Position numbers and translations under genes: made by a program | From: an uncultured delta proteobacterium | Lineage (GTDB): Bacteria > Desulfobacterota > Binatia > Binatales > Binataceae | Assembly (NCBI GenBank): GCA_963711565.1 | Contig: CAVQEQ010000001.1 | Location: 640,001 to 704,000, forward strand | Length of the DNA: 64,000 nt | Direction of reading: 5' to 3' | Notes under the pieces: model-generated | Told to the model about the DNA's origin: nothing | Databases searched by the model: none | Seen by the model: only the letters and a program-made list of their open reading frames with translations | In this document: in pieces, positions 9,321 to 16,662 of the stretch | How the letters are laid out: the number at the start of each line of letters is the position of its first letter | How positions within the stretch are numbered: position 1 is the stretch's first letter

Positions 9321-10139
9321 ATGAAATACGAAACGATAATTCTCGAGCGCAAGGAAGGAATCGGCTACCTGACACTGAATCGTCCCGACCGTGCAAATAC
9401 CATCAGCCTTCAACTCATGCATGACGTGGTTAGCGCGATGGAACAGGTTGAGGCTGACCAGGAATATCGAGTCGTCATCGTAACCGGCGCCGGAAAGCAT
9501 TTCTGTGGCGGCGCCGACTTGCGTGATTTCGCGGAGCGCGCTCGCGAGCGGGCGGCGAGTGGCTCGGAGCGTCAAGGCAGCGGAAGCTTTGTGGCGCCCC
9601 AGCGCGACATCTTCAGCGCGCTCGAAGAATCGCGGGTCCCGGTCATCGCGGCGATCAACGGCGCGGCGATGGGCGGCGGATGCGAAATCGCGCTGGCGTG
9701 TGACGTCAGAGTCATTTCAGATACTGCGACTATAGGTCTCCCTGAAATCCGGTTCGGGGCTTTGCCTGCCGGCGGTGGTACGCAACGTCTTCCGCGCCTG
9801 GTGGGCGTTGGCGTGGCCAAAGAGATGATTTTCAGTGGACTTCCGTGGACGGCGCAGGAAGCGTTTCGAGTGGGACTGGTCAATCGAGTGGCGCCGGCCG
9901 CGGAGTTGAACGAGGAATGCGAGAAGATGGCGCGCGTTTATGTCGAGCGCGCGGCTTATGCGCTCAAGACCTCGAAGCAGTTGGTCAATCGCGGCGTCGA
10001 ATTGCCGCTGAGAGACGGCCTTGTGCTCGAGCGCAAAATGATCGCGGAGATGGCAACGCCGGAGGAGCGCAAGCAGGCGCAAGATCAGGCGGCCGCCACG
10101 CAAAAGACCTACGCACGAATTTTCGAAAAACGTTCTTGA
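9321..10139 (+). CDS. Enoyl-CoA hydratase/isomerase family protein
   Basis: LTLNRPDRAN, FCGGADL, GGGCEIALACD and GLPEIRFG; both catalytic Glu are present. Confidence 0.93.
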   Translation: MKYETIILERKEGIGYLTLNRPDRANTISLQLMHDVVSAMEQVEADQEYRVVIVTGAGKHFCGGADLRDFAERARERAASGSERQGSGSFVAPQRDIFSALEESRVPVIAAINGAAMGGGCEIALACDVRVISDTATIGLPEIRFGALPAGGGTQRLPRLVGVGVAKEMIFSGLPWTAQEAFRVGLVNRVAPAAELNEECEKMARVYVERAAYALKTSKQLVNRGVELPLRDGLVLERKMIAEMATPEERKQAQDQAAATQKTYARIFEKRS

Positions 10140-10297
10140 TCGCCAGTCCGGTTTGTTCCGCCCATCAGGCGCATGATCGACTCAACTGATGCCGCGCCTC
10201 GTACACGCTTACCCCTGAGTCTGTGTCCGTACTACCGATTTGATAGACTCTTCGACGCCGCGACGGATTCGACGCCGCAAAGTTGAGAAGATCGCTT

Positions 10298-10648
10298 ATG
10301 CTTGAAGAGCACAAATTCTTCATCGGGATATTTGCCTTCGAGGGGCGCGGACTGGAAGAGCCGGTTAGCCTGGAGCCCAAGGCGGTCTATACGGTGCCGC
10401 CGAACAAGCGCGTGCAATTCATCTACGGACGGATCGGCAATCCGACGGCCGAGTTTCTTTATGTGGCGCTCCAGCGCGACGGCAAATCGATCCGCTTGTT
10501 CCCGTGCGGTCCGCAGAGCGGAATCAACGTGCCACTTGCGATCATCGATGACTACCTGCCTGGCAGCAAGGCCGAACTGAAGATCGCGGCGCCCAAGGGG
10601 CTCGCGACCAAGGTGATGATCGACGTCGGCTTCGTGGAGTTCGAATGA
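10298..10648 (+). CDS. Small conserved protein of the type found beside assimilatory nitrate reductase electron-transfer genes
   Basis: Stop overlaps the next ATG (ATGA). Pattern F..GIF.FEG.GL..P...YTVP......Y.R.GN...RDGK.IRLFP...IDVGFVE recalled from such proteins; not database-checked. Confidence 0.7.
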   Translation: MLEEHKFFIGIFAFEGRGLEEPVSLEPKAVYTVPPNKRVQFIYGRIGNPTAEFLYVALQRDGKSIRLFPCGPQSGINVPLAIIDDYLPGSKAELKIAAPKGLATKVMIDVGFVEFE

Positions 10649-12753
10649 AGCGCGGCAAACGCAACCTGGTCGTGATCGGCAACGGCATGGCGGGCGCGCG
10701 GACCGTCGAGGAGATTCTCGCCCGCGGCGGCGCCGAGTTGTTCAACATCGCAATGTTCGGGAGCGAGCCGTTCGGCAACTACAACCGGATCATGCTGTCC
10801 GGCGTACTTGACGGGTCCCATGAGGCGGCCGAAATCGTTCTCAATCCGCTCGCATGGTACGGGCAGAATGGTATCCGGCTGCATTCAGGTATCCGCGCCA
10901 CGCACATCTTGCGTTTCGCCCGCCGCGTGATCGGATCCGACGGATCCGAAGAGCCCTACGACAAGCTTATCATCGCTACTGGCAGCCGCTCCTTCATTCC
11001 ACCGATTCCCGGGTTGACGCAAAACGACGGCAGCATGAAACCCGGCATCTTCGGGTTTCGCTCGCTTGAAGATTGCCGCCGGATGGCGGACTACGCGCAC
11101 GGCAAAAAGCGAGCGGTGGTAATCGGCGGCGGCCTGCTCGGGCTTGAGTGCGCGCACGGGCTGCAAAGTCTCGGTCTCGAAGTCCACGTAATGCATCGAT
11201 CGCCCTACCTGATGAACCAACAGCTCGACCCTGCCGCCGGCGCGATCCTGCGGTTGCTGGTTGAGAAAAAGGACATCCGCGTGCATGTCGGCATGGACAC
11301 GGTCGCGGTCCTCGGTGACGACCGCGTCAGCGGACTCGAATTCAAGAATGGCGAGACGCAGGAATGCGAGCTGGTGGTCTTCGCCACTGGAATCAGGCCC
11401 AATGCCGAAATCGCAAGACAATGCGGCCTCACAGTCCAGCTTGCGATCGTAGTCAACGACCACATGCGCAGCGATGACGACCCGCACATTTACGCGGTTG
11501 GCGAATGCATCCAGCATCGAGGGCAGACCTACGGCTTGGTGGCGCCGATATGGGAACAAGCCAAGGTTCTCGCCGATCATATAACCGGAACCAATTCCAG
11601 CGTGGCCTACCACGGCTCAAAGGTCGCGACCCGACTCAAGGTGGCAGGCGTCGAGCTGGCCTCGATGGGACTCACTGAGCCAGTTGAGCAGCGCGACGAG
11701 ATAGTGCAGTTTTCCGAGCCGAGACACGGGACTTACAAGAAGTTGATCATCCGCGACGGCCGTCTGATAGGCGGTATCCTGCTTGGCGAGAGCAGCAAGG
11801 CAGCCTACCTGCTGCATGCCTTCGAGAGCGGCACGCAACTGCCCGAGGAGCGAATCCCCCTGCTCTTCGACATCGGCGCGCCGCCCAAACGGGTGACGCT
11901 CGAGCAGATCCCGCTTGACGCCCAGGTCTGCAACTGCGAACACGTCAACAAGGGCGCCATCGTCGAATGCGTCAAGAGCGGGCGGCGCACAATCGAAGCG
12001 GTAAGAGAGGCGACGCGCGCCGGCCTTTCATGCGGCTCGTGCGACGCGATGGTCCGCGAGATCGTCGAATGGGCGTGTGGCGGTCAAAACGGGACCGCCT
12101 CAAGGGAATCAGCAGATGAGGCCTTGCCGGGCTCGGACGGCGAGCATGAGCTGCAGAGCAAGTTCGGTACGAGCTTCCAGGCGCTCACCTTCTACAAGCA
12201 TCGGGTGCTGGACCATCTCAATTCCGAGATGCAGGAATTCATTGCTCTTCGGGAAATGATGTTCGTGGGAACTGCGGATAGAAATGGAAACGCGGACGCT
12301 TCGTTCCGGGCCGGACACGCCAACTTTGTCAAAGTGCTCGATGAACGAACCATCGCGTACCCGGAGTTCCGCGGCAATGGGGTGATGTCGAGCATGGGCA
12401 ACATTTCGGAAAATCCGCACGTCGGACTGATGTTCATTGACTTCGAGCAGGACCGAATCGGTCTTCACGTGAACGGCAACGCGCGCATCGTCGAGCATGA
12501 TGAGTTCGTGCGATTTATGCAGGATCGTCCGACCGCGGACGTCGTGCTCGGGGACTCAACCCTCACCGACCTGAGAAGCAAGGACCCCGCCAACCTCGAA
12601 CGCTGGGTGATTGTTTCAGTCGACGAAGCCTACATGCACTGTTCCAAACATATCCCGCTGATGAAGAAGGTCGAGCGGGAAGTGAGCTGGGGAACCGACG
12701 ACGTGAAGGCCAAGGGCGGAGATTACTTCGGCGCGGACAGAGTCCCGAAGTGA
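10645..12753 (+). CDS. NasB/NirB-like NAD(P)H:FAD oxidoreductase with BFD-like [2Fe-2S] domain, fused to a C-terminal PNPOx-like FMN-binding domain
   Basis: VVIGNGMAG, NYNRIMLS, IGGGLLGLE, YAVGEC, CNC...CGSC; then YPEFRGNGVMSSMGNISENPHVGLMFIDF and EAYMHCSKHIP. No siroheme/[4Fe-4S] nitrite-reducing domain. Confidence 0.88.
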   Translation: MKRGKRNLVVIGNGMAGARTVEEILARGGAELFNIAMFGSEPFGNYNRIMLSGVLDGSHEAAEIVLNPLAWYGQNGIRLHSGIRATHILRFARRVIGSDGSEEPYDKLIIATGSRSFIPPIPGLTQNDGSMKPGIFGFRSLEDCRRMADYAHGKKRAVVIGGGLLGLECAHGLQSLGLEVHVMHRSPYLMNQQLDPAAGAILRLLVEKKDIRVHVGMDTVAVLGDDRVSGLEFKNGETQECELVVFATGIRPNAEIARQCGLTVQLAIVVNDHMRSDDDPHIYAVGECIQHRGQTYGLVAPIWEQAKVLADHITGTNSSVAYHGSKVATRLKVAGVELASMGLTEPVEQRDEIVQFSEPRHGTYKKLIIRDGRLIGGILLGESSKAAYLLHAFESGTQLPEERIPLLFDIGAPPKRVTLEQIPLDAQVCNCEHVNKGAIVECVKSGRRTIEAVREATRAGLSCGSCDAMVREIVEWACGGQNGTASRESADEALPGSDGEHELQSKFGTSFQALTFYKHRVLDHLNSEMQEFIALREMMFVGTADRNGNADASFRAGHANFVKVLDERTIAYPEFRGNGVMSSMGNISENPHVGLMFIDFEQDRIGLHVNGNARIVEHDEFVRFMQDRPTADVVLGDSTLTDLRSKDPANLERWVIVSVDEAYMHCSKHIPLMKKVEREVSWGTDDVKAKGGDYFGADRVPK

Positions 12754-12860
12754 GGTGATTCGCGACCGAGATGCTCGTAAACTGAGAGTTTCGGTCGCGA
12801 ACTGGTTTCTGCCCATAGCCAGATGCTCGACACCACCAGCGTCGCCAATCGGGGGCTTCT

Positions 12861-13823
12861 ATGAATAATGACTCCACTGCATCGCGCACAGTGCACGTCC
12901 CACAGCCGGCCACCGCGATCGCATCTCATCTGGTGCGCGCCGACAAGGCCGACGAATACTTCAAGGCGCAGACCGCAATTACCGACGCAGCCCGGAAGTT
13001 CCCCGGCTTCGTCGGCACGGAAGTTCTCGGCCCAATCCCTGGTCTGCAGGCAGAGTGGGTGGCGATTTTCCGCCTCGAATCCAACCAGGCGATGAAGCGA
13101 TGGCTCGACAGTCCAGAACGCGCGCAACTTGCGGCGCGAATCGAGGCTTATCTCTCGGAACCGTCGCGCTTGTTGCTGCTCGCGAGCGATGACAACGCCG
13201 AGCCGCCGGTCGCGATGGTTTTCACGCATCGCGTAGCCAAGGGCAAAGTGGCGGACTATCTCGCGTGGCGGCGCAAGGCGATCGAAGCGCAGGCGCACTA
13301 CCCCGGCTATCTCGCGACCGACTTTTTCAAGCCGCACGGCACGTTTCAGAATGAATGGGTGGATATCGTCCGCTACCGCAGCGTCGATGATCTCAATCGC
13401 TGGATGGAATCGGAAGAGCGGCAGTCGCTGCTCAAGGAACTCAAACCGATCGTCGAGAGCATGCACGCCCATCCGGTGACGGGACTCGAAGGATGGTTCG
13501 CGCTCAGTCGCGAGACCGGCGCGACGATCAGCGCACCGCCGCCATGGAAGCAGGCGTTGGCGGTACTGTTCGCGCTTTATCCGACCGTCATGGTTCTGAG
13601 TTTTCTAAATCCACTTTGGCGGAACTTGTCGTTCGCGCAATCGATGCTGATCGGCAATATTCTCTCGGTCACCTTGCTGACGTACCTGGTCATGCCCCGG
13701 CTGAGCCGACTCCTCAATTTCTGGCTGGCCGCACCCGCGCACGACTGGAAAAACGAGGCGCTCGGATTATCCACGGTCGCGATTGGCCTCGCCTTGTTTG
13801 TCCTCATCTTCCAGGCGCTGTGA
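12861..13823 (+). CDS. Tandem ABM-like domain protein with C-terminal transmembrane helices
   Basis: Two similar ferredoxin-like units (FPGFVG..WVAIFR..WLDSPER; YPGYLA..WVDIVRY..WMESEER), then GLEGWF, PPPWKQ and three hydrophobic segments. Confidence 0.82.
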   Translation: MNNDSTASRTVHVPQPATAIASHLVRADKADEYFKAQTAITDAARKFPGFVGTEVLGPIPGLQAEWVAIFRLESNQAMKRWLDSPERAQLAARIEAYLSEPSRLLLLASDDNAEPPVAMVFTHRVAKGKVADYLAWRRKAIEAQAHYPGYLATDFFKPHGTFQNEWVDIVRYRSVDDLNRWMESEERQSLLKELKPIVESMHAHPVTGLEGWFALSRETGATISAPPPWKQALAVLFALYPTVMVLSFLNPLWRNLSFAQSMLIGNILSVTLLTYLVMPRLSRLLNFWLAAPAHDWKNEALGLSTVAIGLALFVLIFQAL

Positions 13824-13904
13824 TCAACTTTGATTTTGTCCCGTGCGTAACATTTTCTTCCGCCGGTTATTGTGGACGCGTCGGGTTCCGCTGTATGAAT
13901 ACGA

Positions 13905-15029
13905 ATGCGCAAATTTAGATTTCCTATTCGCGTCCTTCTCGCCTGTTCACTCGTTGTCAATCTCGCGATCGCTGGTCGAGCCAGCGCCCAAAGCGGGGGC
14001 GACCTGCCCGACTACATGGACGTGATTGTTGGCAAGGGGGCACCCGCGTCAAAATCGCAAGTCGCCGAGCAGAATGTGCTTGCCCTCGACATCGCGATGT
14101 TCGGACTCTACGACGACGCGCAGGCGAAATTTCAGAAAAATTTCCTCGCCGAGCATCCTGTGCTCATGGGCCTGTTCAGCAACCAGGGCGGAAAGCTCAC
14201 CCTGTTCCGGCCCGGCAAGGCGCCGTTGGAGGCTCCGCAAGTCCCGATTCGCTATCAGATCTACAAGTCAGTAGGGCATTCGGCGTTGGCGGTGTTCGAG
14301 CTCGTCGGTTCCCACCTCGGCACCGTTTCTGACCAGTCGTGGGTCGGCCCGATGCGCACCTTTCGTGCCGCGAATCAGACCGCACTCGACAGCCTTGATA
14401 CGCTCGATCTGAACGCCGAAGCACGAGAGAACCAGCGCAATGTCCTGACGAGCAATATCAAGTTCATGGACGCGTGCCTCAGCAAGGGCAGCTATACTTT
14501 CGCGGACATCCAGCAATATGCGGCGGAAGTGAAGCCCTATCTGCAGAAGAATATTACGTGGGGCGCGACGACCCAGGTCGAACACTGGATGAAGGTGATC
14601 AAGGACTGGAAAGAGATGCTCGGCCCGGACTGGAACAAGACTTACGGCGTCAGCAACACGCTTTATGTGGCGCGTCAGAACAACGTCATATTCAGCACGA
14701 TGGCCCAGTTCTTCGGCAAGAACGCGATGAACACACGGCTGTTTCTGTTCGAGACGTCGCAGTTCGTTACCACGCCTGATCAAATGCTCGACGTGCTGAT
14801 TCGGACGGTCGCAGATCGCTCGGTCGGCCAGGTGTTTTTCGGCAACTACTATCTGATGGACTACGAACTGATGGGAGGCGATGGGCGCAAGGCGATAGCG
14901 GCCGAGGATCAGAAGTACGGCATGCCGGTGTTCCTGCCACCTGCCGTGCCTTTCCATTCCAACGAATGGCCTTTCAGGATCGATCCGAGCCAGGGCGAAG
15001 GTCCGGCAACGATCGAGGAGATCAAGTAA
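13905..15029 (+). CDS. Secreted protein of unknown function
   Basis: 374-aa ORF with host-like codon usage and a Sec-type signal peptide (MRKFRFPIRVLLACSLVVNLAIAGRASA). Confidence 0.82.
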   Translation: MRKFRFPIRVLLACSLVVNLAIAGRASAQSGGDLPDYMDVIVGKGAPASKSQVAEQNVLALDIAMFGLYDDAQAKFQKNFLAEHPVLMGLFSNQGGKLTLFRPGKAPLEAPQVPIRYQIYKSVGHSALAVFELVGSHLGTVSDQSWVGPMRTFRAANQTALDSLDTLDLNAEARENQRNVLTSNIKFMDACLSKGSYTFADIQQYAAEVKPYLQKNITWGATTQVEHWMKVIKDWKEMLGPDWNKTYGVSNTLYVARQNNVIFSTMAQFFGKNAMNTRLFLFETSQFVTTPDQMLDVLIRTVADRSVGQVFFGNYYLMDYELMGGDGRKAIAAEDQKYGMPVFLPPAVPFHSNEWPFRIDPSQGEGPATIEEIK

Positions 15030-15069
15030 GCCGGCTTGTCATTCAAAATAGCGATCACGCTTTATCCTC

Positions 15070-15127
15070 ACCTCCCCTTGTCCGAGGGGAGGTCGCCGCG
15101 CGCCGAAGGAGCGCGGCGGGTGGGGTG
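15070..15127. repeat. REP/RIME-like double-hairpin palindromic element between convergent genes
   Basis: ACCTCCCCT-6nt-AGGGGAGGT (15070-15093) directly followed by CGCCGCGC-9nt-GCGCGGCG (15094-15118) and a GGTGGGG tail. Confidence 0.55.
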
Positions 15128-15275
15128 CAACGCCCGACAGGTCACCTACTCCGACTTGTCTAATCGCAATGCAAAGACACCAACGCCGCCGCCCGACAGC
15201 AGCACAACTTCATGCAGGTGCAGCCGTCAGCGTTGCACCTCGCCGGGAGCGCGACGCGGGCGCTAGACGTTGAGA

Positions 15276-16655
15276 CTAGAACAAGACCGTCAGTTGGGCT
15301 GTCACCGCGACGGCGCCTTCCGTCCCCCGACTTTCGCCGGGATTGGGAATGTAGCTGAGCACGGGTTCCAGAAAAGATGTGCCTATCAGATGTATCTGGT
15401 AGTACGTCTGCAGGATCGCCTCGTTGCTGCGAAATCCGTATCGCCGATTCAGCCACGACCACGCAAGCCCCGTACCGATTGAATCCACCGGGCGGTGAGG
15501 AAGCAGTCCGAAGCCGGTAAAGCCGGCGCCGAAGTATTCGTTGGCGATCATTGTCCGCGAGTCGTTGATGCCGAACTGGAAAAAAGCGGAGATGCCGCTG
15601 TTATCGACGCCCTCGTGACGTCTCCATAGACGCTGCGAGCCGAACGTATAGAAGCCCTCGGAAGCATTCTGACTCGTTCCGGGAGCGTACAGTTCGCCGG
15701 TTTGAGCCCATCCGCCAGCGGCGACAATTCCGATCAGTTTGTGCTCGCCAAGAGTCCAGGCGTAGCCGGCCTCGCCGATCGTGAAATAGTGTCCGTCGAA
15801 GACCGGCTCCTCTCGGAGTCCGGTTTGTATGCCTCTGCTCAAAGCGCCGTCGTAGATTGCGTAGGTCAGATAGAAATTTTTGGACGGCGCGTAGTTCGCG
15901 GTTATCCCATACGCAGTGTTGTAGTATCCCGGCATCACGCCAATCAGCGTCGGGTTCTTGAAGATCGGCGTGTAGATGAGTCCGGAGACTGCGGGAACTT
16001 TCAGACTAATGTCCGCGGTCGGGACGGCGCGCGTGACGTTGTTGAAGTCTGCGGGGGGCGTTGTCTTGCCTACTCGAATTATCAGCTTGCCGGCGAACAG
16101 GCTCTGCCGCCACCAGAGCTCGTACAGCTGGGTGCGAACGAACGGCTTTGGTCCCGTGAGCCCGTCGTACGCGGTGATGACGCCAGCCTTGCCGTTGGCG
16201 TCCTCGCCGTTGAACTGCATCAGCTCCGCGTCCATCGAGGCACCCGGAATGCCGGCGAGCTTTTCCAGGTCGATGTTCAAGTTCAGAAAGAGCAGGCTGT
16301 TGAAGCTCCACGTTCGCGGTTTCACTCCACCGGTGAAGAGATAGTCCGCGTTGCCGATCCACAAGCCGCCGACGCGAACGCCGGGAATATTGTCGAGTCC
16401 TATCAGATGACCTAGCAGACCTGTTCCGGGAATCATGTTGGACGCGCCGGGGTTGGCGCTGATCGGCTGGACATCGCCGCTCGAGATCACCTTCGCGATC
16501 GGCGACGACGGCGTACTCGATGCCGCCGGACTGGACGACGCAACCGGCTGCGGGACAGCGTCGGCTGCTGAGTCATGCGACTGCGCTGAAACGAGGCCGA
16601 CGACGAGCAGCGTCCCCGCCGTGACGAGAACGCGCCGTCTGAGAGCGCGCTTCAT
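15276..16655 (-). CDS. Carbohydrate-selective porin, OprB family
   Basis: Signal peptide, LYELWWRQ..GKL.IRVGK, RPVDSIG.G, alternating beta-strands and C-terminal Phe. Confidence 0.85.
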   Translation of the reverse strand: MKRALRRRVLVTAGTLLVVGLVSAQSHDSAADAVPQPVASSSPAASSTPSSPIAKVISSGDVQPISANPGASNMIPGTGLLGHLIGLDNIPGVRVGGLWIGNADYLFTGGVKPRTWSFNSLLFLNLNIDLEKLAGIPGASMDAELMQFNGEDANGKAGVITAYDGLTGPKPFVRTQLYELWWRQSLFAGKLIIRVGKTTPPADFNNVTRAVPTADISLKVPAVSGLIYTPIFKNPTLIGVMPGYYNTAYGITANYAPSKNFYLTYAIYDGALSRGIQTGLREEPVFDGHYFTIGEAGYAWTLGEHKLIGIVAAGGWAQTGELYAPGTSQNASEGFYTFGSQRLWRRHEGVDNSGISAFFQFGINDSRTMIANEYFGAGFTGFGLLPHRPVDSIGTGLAWSWLNRRYGFRSNEAILQTYYQIHLIGTSFLEPVLSYIPNPGESRGTEGAVAVTAQLTVLF

Positions 16656-16662
16656 CTGACGT

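Noticed and set aside
10251-10278. Direct repeat TTCGACGCCGC twice upstream of the redox operon
   Set aside because: Only two copies of a GC-rich 11-mer built from words common in this genome; an operator role cannot be distinguished from chance.
10645-12753. Calling this gene nirB (nitrite reductase large subunit)
   Set aside because: No siroheme/[4Fe-4S] NIR_SIR domain or its Cys motifs, and no nirD nearby.
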